Below, one piece after another: positions 1-10,690 of a stretch of DNA of 64,000 nucleotides. The position numbers and the translations under genes are program-made. Location: NCBI GenBank assembly GCA_030390025.1, contig CM059432.1, positions 41,604,001 through 41,668,000 of the forward strand, written 5' to 3'. The stretch comes from Squalus acanthias. Its lineage: Eukaryota. Position 1 is the stretch's first letter; each line of letters opens with the position of its first letter. The notes beneath the pieces are model-generated. The model did not search any database and was not told the origin of the DNA. It was given only the letters and a program-made list of their open reading frames with translations.

Positions 1-86
1 TTTCAAATAAAACTGTTGGACTATAACCTGGTGTTGTGCGACTTCTCACTTTTGTCCACCCCAGTCCAACACCGGCATCTCCGCAT
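1..86 (+). mobile_element. Penelope-like pseudo-LTR fragment (family B), cut by window start
   Basis: Near-identical to arms of the inserts at 55404-55597, 55787-55964, 58688-58782 and 61701-61855 (TTTCAAATAAAACTGTTGGACTATAACCTGGTGTTGTGCGACTTCTCAC...CATCTCCGCAT). Confidence 0.75.
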
Positions 87-658
87 AATTGCTTTAGGGA
101 GATGATCACTGTGCAGTAGAGTCAACCGATATCTTAAACAATCTCGAAAAGAAGCTGGTTACATGTTAAGAAGACGACTTTGTGCCTGTTTTAATGAGAA
201 AACTATTTAGAGACCTAGAAGAAGCGGGGGTTGTGACATGTCACTGCTATCTTAATGCGTAAGATCTTTCTTCGATACAGCCATAAAATGCATACGTGCA
301 CGGGGAAAGCATACAGATGATGAGAGAGTTGAAGTGTCTGCTTTTAAAGAAGGTTCCTTTAAGATCCGAGATTGAAATAGCAGTCGAGTTACTGCAGAAG
401 AAATGCCCGAATGTGACAATTAACGAGAATACACTGTTTGATGAAGTAACTGTTAAATGCGTTTGTGACAGGGAAACAGTGTAAATGGAATGACACAACT
501 GCAGCAATCACGGTATGTGGCAGATGGGAATCCTCAGTACCACACGCAAATATAAAACAACTGGCAGAACTGATCCTGTGCCTGCCTGGCAGTAATGCTT
601 CAGTCGACAGGGGTTTTTCTGTCATGAACGGACTTTGGACAGCAGAAAAATCCAGATA

Positions 659-1015
659 CAGGAAACTCTCGTTTAAACGGCACCTAAATATCCGGAATTC
701 TCTAATAACCGGCAGAATTCATACTCTGAAAACTACAGTATACAGTCGTTTATAAGTTTTGTCTTACTGTTAAGTAATTAAAGAGTTATGGATTACCCTC
801 AACTGGCAGTACTGTACTTAATCAAGCATCTTCCACCATCCATTTAACACAACATTCTGTAGGGGAGTACCCAATTATACTGCACATTTCTTGATTTTTT
901 TATTTTTGTTTGTCAAAAATAGCCTCGGTAGATATACCTCTCCGTTATCCGGAATTTTTAATCAACCGGCACCATCCCGGTCCAGGTGGTGCCGGATATG
1001 AAAAAGAGTTTCCTG
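659..1015. mobile_element. pogo/Tigger-type MITE
   Basis: TIRs CAGGAAACTCT...AGAGTTTCCTG with TA on both sides (657-658, 1016-1017); interrupts the hAT reading frame. Confidence 0.85.
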
Positions 1016-1555
1016 TACAAGGTTGAAACTGTGAAAGCCATTCTCACTGTCAAAACAAACTTCACTTTGCCCTGTCTCGAGTTCTGCAACAAACTGAGCA
1101 AGAACATTAAAATTCTAAAACAGATACACTCATCAGAGAAGTACAGCTTTTAATCCAGCGAGCTTCCAGCGGTGCTACCAGTATCAGGAATACGGTGAGC
1201 ACAATTTCTTGTGTGTTTAGGGGTGGAAATTTTTTATCTATAGACAGTTTCCGTCTCCTAGATATTTTTGGGGAACTGTGAAAATTAAGTGAGACTTTTT
1301 TTGTATTACTATACATAAAAACTGTATGAAATTATTTTGTTTGTAGTTTTATAATGCACCACTAGGTGGCGAATGTCATTTGTTAATTCTCATTCAAAAA
1401 ATTGTAACATTTGTTATATCCACATTATCGTTAACTGCGTGATGGTTGATGGAGGTTAATCTCGGCGCGTATTCCACCAGCAGAAGCAACAAAATTGTTA
1501 TGCTGGTTTTCTTGAAACGCGTCCTGGCTACTTTGCGGTGCTTCCACCCTGTGTG

Positions 1556-1732
1556 CATCGTTCCCTCTAAGCTGCGCAGTCTGCCGGTCCAGCATAGCCC
1601 GGGACCAACTTTTCCAATGTGAAGTTTCGCGCATGGGCTGTGCAGCCCGTTAAAGGGGCCGCAGACCCCCAAAAAATTGGGGGAGGGGGGGGGGGGGAGA
1701 GAGAGAGAGAGAGAGAGAGAGAGGGAACATTG
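1556..1732. mobile_element. hAT-type MITE containing a poly-G/(GA)n tract
   Basis: TIRs CATCGTTCCCTCT / AGAGGGAACATTG; 8-bp TSD CCTGTGTG (1548-1555) / CCTATGTG (1733-1740); related copy at 44876-44957. Confidence 0.8.
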
Positions 1733-1799
1733 CCTATGTGTCCCCAGATTTGGTTTAGAAAATACAGTCACCCTATTATAAAGGTCCTGTAAAAGTTTC

Positions 1800-2075
1800 A
1801 GAGGAGGGCCACCAGATTCATACCTTGTTTAAAAGACTTTAGTTACCACAATAGGGTTAGATTCCTGGGACTTCTTACTGTATTAAAAGTGTAAACTTCA
1901 AGGAGATTTGATTCAAGTCTTTAACATAATGAAAGAATTAGATTTGGTCCATAAGGATAGGCTATTTGATTAAGATAGGTTAGGGAGGACAAGGGGACAG
2001 AAGTATATGTTACGTAAACATAGAACTAGGTTAGACGTCAGAAGGTACCCTTGTTTCAGAGAGTTGTAGACCTTA
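1800..2075 (+). mobile_element. Old, degraded CR1-type LINE 3' fragment
   Basis: Degenerate GDLIQVFNIMK / GRTRGQKY-like ORF2 C-terminal sequence. Confidence 0.5.
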
Positions 2076-2189
2076 AAAATCCTTCCTCCACTTTAACAGG
2101 GTGATGCCAAAACATCTTACATCAGCTGTCCAATACGATCTGGGAACCAATCCTCGATTGCCACCATTTACTTAATTCACTAAATCTTT

Positions 2190-2780
2190 TTGCAGGAGAA
2201 ATTTGCATACAATGCCTACAAGAAACAGAGCACTGGAGGGGGAATCCCTGATATCAAGAGCTCACCCCCAACTAGAAGCAGGCCTGAAGCTGATGGTCAC
2301 GCATTCTGCTCTTGCCACGGAAGACAGGGTTACAAGCAGTTTGTGGCTGCACACAGTCATCATGCATCTTGTGAAGCAGCACACAGCCACAACCTTCCGT
2401 GTCTCATGGAATTCCAAGGGAGGGGGGCAATGCTCACCCATTCATAGCTTGTACCCTCTATTCCTGCAGATCCATCACAGCAACAGGAACCAGAGGATGA
2501 GGGAGAGGAGGTAGATGTTAATGAGGAGGAGGAGGAAGTGAGATGGAACTTCTTCCTTATGAGGATGATGGAGGGAGGGAGAATGATGAAGAGGAAGAGA
2601 AAGTTGAAGTTAAGGCCACCTTACTGCAGCATTTGACCCAGTATTCCTCTGCCACAACCCACTCACTCGCACCGAGTCAGTTGCTTTTTCACTTCCATGC
2701 ACCAGTTCAGGTATGTCATGCGCTGGATGGAATTAGATATTGTCAGTAAGGATATATCACAGGGTGACTGACAGAGCATA
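2190..2780 (+). mobile_element. Possible degraded PIF/Harbinger remnant
   Basis: Weak STGGG- and GDRGY-like motifs followed by an acidic GAG-rich tract, as in the clearer Harbinger copies at 35.5-40.6 kb. Confidence 0.3.
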
Positions 2781-3097
2781 ATGGAGCTGAATGAGTGGGG
2801 TGTGGGTGAAAATGTGCCATATTCCCTGTGGAGGCTGAGAAGGCTGCTCCTGGCTTCAGAGTCATAAGAACATAAGAACATAAGAAATAGGAGCAGGAGT
2901 AGGCCAATTGGCCCCTCGAGCCTGCTCTGCCATTCAATAAGATCATGGCTGATCTGATCCTAATCGCCAATCTACTATCACAGAACCATCTCCTGAACCT
3001 AACAGAATTGGACACATGAAATAGGAGCAGGATCAGGCTACATGGCCCCTGGGCCCGCTACGCTACCCACAGGGCCATGACCGATCCGAACCTAGAC

Positions 3098-5905
3098 TCA
3101 TGTCCAAATTCCTGCCCGCTCCCCATAACCCTTAATTCCCTTTACTTCTAGGAAACTGTCTATTTCTGTTTTAAATTTATGTAATGATGTAGCTTCTACA
3201 GCTTTTTGGGGCAGCATATTCCATGGACCTACCACCCTCTGAGTGAAGTAGTTCCTTCTCATCTCAGTTTTGAAAGAGCAGCCCCTTATTCTAAGACTAT
3301 GGCCCCTAGTTCTAGTTTCACCCATCATCGGGAACATCCTCCCCGCAACCACCCGATCCAACCCTTTCACAATCTTATATGTTTCAATAAGATCGCCTCT
3401 CATTCTTCTGAACTCCAATGAGTAGAGTCCCAATCTACCCAACCTCTCCTCATATGTCCATCCCCTCATCCCCGGGATTAACCGAGTGAACCTTCTTTGT
3501 ACTGACTCGAGAGCAAGTATGTCTTTTCTTAAGTATGGACACCAAAACTGTATGCAGTATTCCAGGTGCGGTCTCACCAATACCCTGTACAACTGAAGCA
3601 ATACCTCCCTATTTTTATATTCTATCCCCCTAGCAATGAAAGCCAACATTCCATTGGCCTTCTTAATCACTTGCTGCACCTGCATACTAACCTTTTGAGT
3701 TTCGTGCACCAGGACCCCCAGATCCCTTTGTACTTCAGTACTTTCCAATTTCTTGCCATTAAGATAATAACTTGCTCTACTATTTTTCCTGCCAAAGTGC
3801 ATAACCTCACACTTTCCAGTATTGTATTCCATCTGCCAAATCTCTGCCCACTTACTTAGCCTGTCTATGTCCCCTTGCAGATTTTTTATGTCCTCCTCAC
3901 TCACTACTTTCCCTCCCATCTTAGTATCATCTGCAAACTTTGATATGTTACACTCGGTCCCCTCCTCCAAATCGTTAATATAGATTGTAAAGAGTTGGGG
4001 ACCCAGCACTGACCCCTGCGGAACACCACTAGTTACTGATTGCCAGTCTGAGAATGAACCATTTATCCCAACTCTCTGCCTTCTGTTAGATAACCAATCC
4101 TCTATCCATGCCAGAATATTACCCCCAATCCTGTGATTTTTTATCTTAAGCAATAATCTTCTGTGTGGCAACTTGTCAAATGCCTTTTGGAAGTCTAAAT
4201 ACACCACATCCCCTGGTTCCCCTTTATCCACCCTGTATATTACTTCCTCAAAGAACTCCAGCAAATTTGTCAAACATGACTTCCCCTTCATAAAACCATG
4301 CTGACTTTGTCCTATTAAATTATGATTATCCAAATGTCCCGTTACTGTCTCCTTAATAATGGACTCCAAAATTTTACCTACCACAGATGTTAGGCTAACC
4401 GGTCTATAGTTTCCAGCCTTCTGTCTACTGCCCTTTTTAAATAAGGGTGTTACATTAGCAGTTTTCCAGTCTGCCAGGATCTTTGCTGAGTCCAGGGAGT
4501 TTTGGAAAATTACCAATGCATCCACAATCCCTACCGCCACTTCCCTCAAGACCCTAGGATGTAAGCCATCAGGTCCAGGTGATTTATCCGCCTTGAGTCC
4601 CATTATTTTACCGAGTACCACTTCCTTAGTGATTTTGATCGTGTTTAGCTCCTCCCCTCCTATAGCCCCCTGTTTGTCCAGTGTTGGGATATTCTTAGTG
4701 TCCTCTACTGTAAAGACTGATACAAAATATCCATTCAGTGTATTTGCCATCTCCATATTTCCCACCATTAGTTTCCCGGTCTCATCCTCTAAGGGACCAA
4801 CATTTACTTTAGCCACCCTTTTTCTTTTTATATAACTATAAAAACTCTTACTATCTGTTTTTATATTTTTTGCTAATTTACTTTCATAATCTATCTTCCC
4901 TTTCTTAATCAATCTTTTTGTTATTTTTTGCTGTCTTTTAAAGTTTTCCCAATCCTCTATCCTCCCACTAGATTTGGCTACCTTATAAGCCCTTGTTTTT
5001 AGTCGAATACTATCCTTAATTTCTTTACTTAGCCACGGATGACTGTCTTTTATTTTACACCCTTTTCTTCTCAGTGGAATATATATTTTTTGGAAGTTGT
5101 AAAATAACTCCTTAAATGTACACCACTGATCATGTATCGTCTTACCCTTTAATCTATTTTCCCAATCCACTCTACTCAATTCCGCTCGCATACCTTCATA
5201 GTCTCCTTTATTCAAGCTTAGCACGCTTGTTTGAGATCCAACCTTCTCACCCTCTAATTGAATATAGAATTCAACCATGTTATGGTCACTCATTCCAGGG
5301 GGATCCTTTACTAAGACATTTTTAATTAATCCTGTCTCGTTACACAGGACCAGATCTAAGGTTGCTTGCCCCCTGGTCGGTTCAGTTACATACTGCTCAA
5401 GAAACCCATCCCTAATACACTCAATGAACTCATCCTCAAGGCAGCCCTGCCCAATTTGATTTGTCCAATTAATATGATAGTTAAAATCCCCCATAATTAA
5501 AGATGTTCCCTTATTACAAGCCTCAACTATTTCCTGATTGATACTCCGTCCAACAGAGTTGCAACTGTTCGGAGGCCTATAGACTACGCCCACTAGTGGT
5601 TTTTTCCCCTTATTATTCCTTATCTCCACCCAAACTGTTTCATTATCCTGATCTTTTGACCCAATATCATTTCTCTGTATTACAGTGATTCCTTCCTTTA
5701 TTAACATAGCCACCCCACCTCCCCTTCCTTCCTGCCTGTCCTTCCTGATCGTTAAATAACCTGGTATGTTTAATTCCCAGGCATTGTCAACCTGCAGCCA
5801 TGTTTCTGTAATGGCCACAAGATCATACCCATATGTAGTTATTTGTGCCATTAACTCATCTATTTTGTTACGAATGCTACGTGCATTCAGATAGAGAACT
5901 TTCAA
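3098..5905 (-). CDS. CR1 ORF2: APE endonuclease plus reverse transcriptase, uninterrupted 935 codons (true start uncertain)
   Basis: APE motifs YLNARSI, ITETW, VYRPP, GDFN, LDL, SDH; RT motifs KSPGPDG, NYRPVSL, QHGF, LDFQKAFD, GVPQGSVLGP, FADD. Confidence 0.93.
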   Translation of the reverse strand: MKVLYLNARSIRNKIDELMAQITTYGYDLVAITETWLQVDNAWELNIPGYLTIRKDRQEGRGGGVAMLIKEGITVIQRNDIGSKDQDNETVWVEIRNNKGKKPLVGVVYRPPNSCNSVGRSINQEIVEACNKGTSLIMGDFNYHINWTNQIGQGCLEDEFIECIRDGFLEQYVTEPTRGQATLDLVLCNETGLIKNVLVKDPPGMSDHNMVEFYIQLEGEKVGSQTSVLSLNKGDYEGMRAELSRVDWENRLKGKTIHDQWCTFKELFYNFQKIYIPLRRKGCKIKDSHPWLSKEIKDSIRLKTRAYKVAKSSGRIEDWENFKRQQKITKRLIKKGKIDYESKLAKNIKTDSKSFYSYIKRKRVAKVNVGPLEDETGKLMVGNMEMANTLNGYFVSVFTVEDTKNIPTLDKQGAIGGEELNTIKITKEVVLGKIMGLKADKSPGPDGLHPRVLREVAVGIVDALVIFQNSLDSAKILADWKTANVTPLFKKGSRQKAGNYRPVSLTSVVGKILESIIKETVTGHLDNHNLIGQSQHGFMKGKSCLTNLLEFFEEVIYRVDKGEPGDVVYLDFQKAFDKLPHRRLLLKIKNHRIGGNILAWIEDWLSNRRQRVGINGSFSDWQSVTSGVPQGSVLGPQLFTIYINDLEEGTECNISKFADDTKMGGKVVSEEDIKNLQGDIDRLSKWAEIWQMEYNTGKCEVMHFGRKNSRASYYLNGKKLESTEVQRDLGVLVHETQKVSMQVQQVIKKANGMLAFIARGIEYKNREVLLQLYRVLVRPHLEYCIQFWCPYLRKDILALESVQRRFTRLIPGMRGWTYEERLGRLGLYSLEFRRMRGDLIETYKIVKGLDRVVAGRMFPMMGETRTRGHSLRIRGCSFKTEMRRNYFTQRVVGPWNMLPQKAVEATSLHKFKTEIDSFLEVKGIKGYGERAGIWT

Positions 5906-5924
5906 ATATGTTTTGTGACACTTA

Positions 5925-6823
5925 GGGGTAAAAATTCAGTTGGTTGCGCCTCCCGTTAGCGCCTTAAGAGGGCGCTAATGGGGCGCAAAGCCGCTAACGC
6001 CCGGGCGCAGCGATGTTTGCTCCGCTCGGGAACTTAACTAGAGATTGTGCGGCGGCGCTAAACTTTACCGTTGCGACCACCTGCGCGCGCAGATTGTGAC
6101 GTCATTCCATGGTGCAACGCCCTTGTGGCGCCCCGGAGCGGAAATTGAGTGGCGCCCCCTGCCTTACCGCCTGGCGCATCCAACGACCAGAAGACTGGAA
6201 CGCTATCAATCGCTGTGGGGCTGGGGGGGGGGGGGCGCTATTTAAAGGGGGCCTCTTCCTGTCTTTTATTGTTGGTGGCATTTTTGAACTACGCATTCTG
6301 AGAGAGAGAGGGAGAGACTTCTGGAGAGATTCAACGTTGTGTGAAGGAGTTTTTGGGTACTGAGCAGCACTTTGCAGGTTCATTTTGATTTGCCATTCCT
6401 TGTATTGATTTAGCAGAGACTGTGGGAGCTGCACTCTGAGCTCTTTGCCTGGTATTCTCCATTGTTCTTTCCAGCACATTTGATGTGCAAGTCTCTCCAG
6501 GCCGAGATTCAAGGCTGCAATGAACAGGATGTGGATGGAAAGCAAGATTAACCATCCCCTTTAAGAACTGGCCCGTGCCATTGTGTGTGTGTTCCATTGC
6601 TGACTGACATTACATGAGCTTCGCCAGCGCTCTGAGTTAGCGCCTCACTCCTTGGCCTTTGCGCCTTAAGACAGGTGTGCAGCGCCTGATTTAGCGCTCC
6701 AGTCACCTCCCGGGGCGGTAAAAGTGAAGTTTCCAGTCAGTGCCGATAATTAGCGCCAGGCGCTAATATTTGCGTCCAGACGATATTTGCGCCCCAAATG
6801 GGGCGCGACCTAATTTTTACCCC
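5925..6823. mobile_element. PIF/Harbinger-type non-autonomous element (MITE)
   Basis: TIRs GGGGTAAAAATT / AATTTTTACCCC; TTA TSD at 5922-5924 and 6824-6826; CpG-rich subterminal GGCGC repeats. Confidence 0.9.
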
Positions 6824-6986
6824 TTAGTTCCTGCTTTTGCCCTTTTTATTACTTTACCTTTTACTCCATACCTTCTGCCCCTTCCGGACACACTCTGGTT
6901 TTTAATTTCCCCACTGCTACCTAAGTCTATGACCTTCTCTGTTGTCATTTTTATTATTTGCTCTCTAGGAACCTCCCCCCCACTAG

Positions 6987-7941
6987 TTAGTTTAAAGCTC
7001 TCTCTACAGCCCTAGTTATATGATCCGCCAGGACTCTAGTCCCAGTACTGGCGAAGTGAAGCCCGTCCCAACGGAACAGCTCCCTCCTGCCCCAGTACTG
7101 ATGCCAGTGTCCCAGGAAGCAAAACCCATTTCTCCCACACCAGTCTTTGAGCCACTCATTTAACTCTCTAATTTTATTTGTCCTAGCCAAATTCGCTCGT
7201 GGCTCAGGTAATAATCCAGAGATTAATACCCTTGAGGTTCTGTTTTTTAATTTGACCCCTAGCTGCTCATACTCCTTTAACAGAACCTGCTTCCCTGTCC
7301 TATCTACGTCGTTTGTACCGACATGGACCACGACAACTGGATCCACCCCCTCCCACTGCAAGTTTATTTCCAGCCCAGAGGAGATGTCCTTAACCCTGGC
7401 ACCGGGCAGGCAACACAGCCTACGGGACTCTCACTCTCAGCTGCAGAGAACTCTATCTATCCCCCTAATAATACTGTCCCCTACCACTACAACATTTCTA
7501 TTTACTCCCCCCTCTTGAATGGCCCCCCGTTCTACGGTGCTGTGGCCAGGTTGCTCATCCTCCCTGCAGTCCCTGCTCCCGTCCCCACAGGGAGTAAGAA
7601 CCTTGAACCTGTTGGACAAGAGCAAGGGCTGCGGCTCCTCCAACACTACCTCCTGGATCCCCGTACCTGCCTCACTCGTAGTCACACCGTCCTGTCCCTG
7701 ACCATGGGCTACATCTGAATTAATTAACTTCATAGGTGTGACCACCTCCTGAAACACAAAGTCCAGGTACTTCTCCCCCACCCTGATGTGTCGCAGTGTC
7801 TGAAGCTCAGACTCCAGCTCATCAATACGGAGCTGGAGTTCCTGTAGCAGCAGACACTGGTCACAGATGTAAATCACCGTGAGCCTCAATGGGGTCCACC
7901 GGCTCCCACATCTCGCAACAGTAACACATCACCTGCTCCAT
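6987..7941 (-). pseudogene. CR1 ORF1 (zinc finger, coiled coil, SGNH esterase); one frameshift and one stop
   Basis: MEQVMCYCCEMW...YICDQC, LQLRIDELESEL, VVGDSIIRG, VHVGTND, DGLH; in-frame TGA at 7437-7439. Confidence 0.88.
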
Positions 7942-8879
7942 TCTATGTAATTAATTAAACTTTTTATTGTTAGTTATGGACACTCTCTGCCCGATTATAG
8001 ATGCTAGTATCCCCTCTAATTAATTGGATTTAAATTAAATCAATCCCTCTAAATTACACCAGTTAAATGGTTTACCAACAGTCACTCTGCACCAGAAAGG
8101 CCTTATTAACTACAACCCACAGAGTTTAAGTTTAAAAAGAGAGAAATACTCACCAACCAATTACTTACCTGCTTTCTGGTGACGTCACACCTCGATTATT
8201 TTTACCTCTCTCCCTCCCTCCGAGTTCAGAGACTGGTCCCGCCTTACCTGGTCTCTGGAGCCTTTTAAACCCTCTGCCGCCGCCTCGCCTCACGCAGGTC
8301 CGCCACCGCACCAGGAAGCTGACAAAGATGGAAAAAGGAAGGCACACCTCCCTCCCCGCACTCCCTCACCAAACTCGCAGCTTAGCACTCTGTTCCAAAT
8401 CTGCACTCCGTGACAAACTGCACTCTAGTCTCCCTTATTTATACTGCTGAGATTTAAATAAGTGAGCTCTCTGGCAGTTACAGAACCAGATTAGACCAGT
8501 TAATTAATTAATTACTATCACCTGCTCTCCAGCACAGAGCTTGCTTAGCCCTGCCGAAGCCTGGAAGAAACTTGAAACTTGAAACAGTAAATTTAAATGC
8601 TAATTGCAAGCACACAAGACTAGAATTTATAAAAATGTATAAAAATAAGAGATTAACCTTTAAGATTTACTCCCTCACTCACCAAACTCGCAGCTTAGCA
8701 CTCGGTTCCAAATCTGCACTCCGTCGTGGGACCCACCTGAAAAGAATGGTGCTCAAGGAATATTGTAGCAACATGTAGGCTCGGAGTTCAGTCTCCGATG
8801 ATGCACTGCAAATGACATGTGACTCGAGAGTCTACAGCCAACACCGGGGAGCAATTTCGTCACTGTAGACTTCAATGGG

Positions 8880-9506
8880 ACATGTGGCCTTTATTACAAG
8901 AGGATTTGAGTATACAAGTAAAGACGTCTTACTGCAATTATATAGGGCGCTGGTGAGACCACACCTGGAGTATTGTGTACAGTTTTGGTCTCCTTACCTA
9001 AGGAAGGATATACTTGTCATAGAGGGAGTGCAATGAAGGTTCACTAGACTGATTCCTGGGATGGGGGGATTGCCCTATGAGGAGAGATTGAGTAGACTAG
9101 GCCTATATTCTCTAGAGTTTAGAAGAATGAGAGATGATCTCATTGAAACCTATAAAATTCTTACAGGGCTTGACAGGGTAGATGCAGGGAGGATGTTTCC
9201 CCTGGCTGGGGAGTCTAGAACCAGGGGTCAGAGTCTCAGAATAAGGGGTTGGCCATTTAGGACTGAGATGAGGAGAAATTTCTTCACTCAGAGAGTGGTG
9301 AATCTTTGGCATGCTCTACCCCAAAGGGCTGTGGAGTCTCAGTCGTTGAGTATATTTAAGACAGAGATCGATAGATTTTTGAATATTAAGGGAATCAAGG
9401 GATATGGGGATAGTGCAGGTGAGGTAGAAGATCAGCCATGATCTTATTGAATGGTGGAGCAGGCTCGAGGGGCCAAATGGCCTACTCCTGCTCCTATTTC
9501 TTATGT
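8880..9506 (+). mobile_element. 5'-truncated CR1 LINE
   Basis: ORF2 C-terminus (YEERLSRLGLYSLEFRR...FFTQRVV) and CR1 3' tail CTCCTATTTCTTATGT. Confidence 0.9.
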
Positions 9507-10317
9507 GGCAAGCTTCATTAAAACCAGTAGCAGACCCGACCTAAGTGGCTAGGGACCAGTCAGTGCCTCCACCTTCGCAGAAGCACAGACTGCAGCTCTG
9601 GTGGCAATAGGGGAGAGAATACACAGCACCCAGGATACAGGCTACTGTCTCTCAAGGCTTTGAGGATCTGATAGCTGCCACTAGACCAGCCAGCCCACTG
9701 ATCAGTGAGGCACAGATCCAGGGCCCAGTGGAATGACAACAGCTGGAATAGACTTACCTGAGACAGTAGTTTCTCAGGGCTCTAACCTTCCTCCAGAGTA
9801 CCAAACCAGTGACACGTAGGATGCAACAGTTGGCTGTCCAAGTGCAATCTCTCACACTGCAACTTGCAGCAGCTCCCTCCCAACAATAAGTTTCCATGAT
9901 TCACCTCAGTCCCATTAGCCTTTTGTAACACAGATGCAGCCAACAACCTCTTGCAATACGGGCCCTCAGGTTGCACCTACCAGCCCTAGAACAGGAGAAA
10001 GGCATGGTTACGCACCCAGTGGAAGCAGTGTCAGGAAAAAGTAGGTTGGTTCCAGTTCACTTTGAAATTTGTTGTATTGAATGAGAATGTACACTTACGT
10101 TGTGCTCTGTTATTCATGGCGATGATGGTCATACAGGAAAACATTCAATTATTTTGCACTAATTATTGTTGGTATGAGCATGTGGGAGCAAAGAGGCCTG
10201 CTGTGTTTTAATGCTTTAGGATGAGTAATGGGTTGAAGAACTACATTTGAAGGTGGAATGCGGAGTTCAAGCAGTGGTGACAAAGGTAGACTATATTAAA
10301 CAGAAAAGAATTATTCA

Positions 10318-10690
10318 GTGATCAGTTGTGCTCTGATGCCCCTCTCCGCAGTCACCGAGAGTCATCCTGATGCTTTCCTCCATGTACTTCTATCTCCGAA
10401 GCTGCTGGAGCTCCCTCTCCAAGAATGTCCAAGTCCCGACCTTTTTTCGATGGCAAAGTTGTACAGGGCACAACAGACTACAACAATGCAGGACACAAGC
10501 TGGAGTGTATTGCAGAGCCCCGCCCAACCTGTCAAAGGAACAGAGAACCCAAATGGTCCTCTCTGGCAGAGGCACTGCTTCATTGTAGTAGTTCTCTACT
10601 GCAACTCTTAGTCGGGATCATTATCCAGGAAAGCCCAAATATCCAAAAAGTGCGGCACCCTCTATAGAGCATCTGGGACCTGTGTGAACA
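10318..10690 (-). mobile_element. Harbinger DDE nuclease remnant
   Basis: FDRLGGALQYTP / VSCIVVVCCALYNFAIE, similar to the FRCLDRSGGALQY...CCALHN copies at 36.8 and 39.4 kb. Confidence 0.7.

Larger units (their letters stand above)
95..1775 (+). mobile_element. Degraded hAT DNA transposon (transposase C-terminus plus right end)
   Basis: Reads LAELILCLPGSNASVDRGFSVMNGLWTAEKSR (hAT dimerisation-domain-like) and continues KVETVKAILTVKTNF after the MITE at 659-1015. Terminus GTCACCCTA at 1767-1775 matches the TAGGGTGACCA end at 57260. Confidence 0.7.
2863..8725 (-). mobile_element. Near full-length CR1 LINE (5'UTR, ORF1, ORF2, 3' tail), interrupted by a MITE
   Basis: (TTCTTATG)n tail at about 2863-2885, ORF2 3098-5905, ORF1 6987-7941, and a roughly 50-bp direct repeat in the 5' region (about 8360-8411 and 8670-8724). 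Confidence 0.93.

Noticed and set aside
3206..5459. Antisense ORFs over CR1 (e.g. MKKFLLISV-type ORFs recurring through the window)
   Set aside because: Shadow frames of CR1 ORF2 that recur because the repeat recurs.
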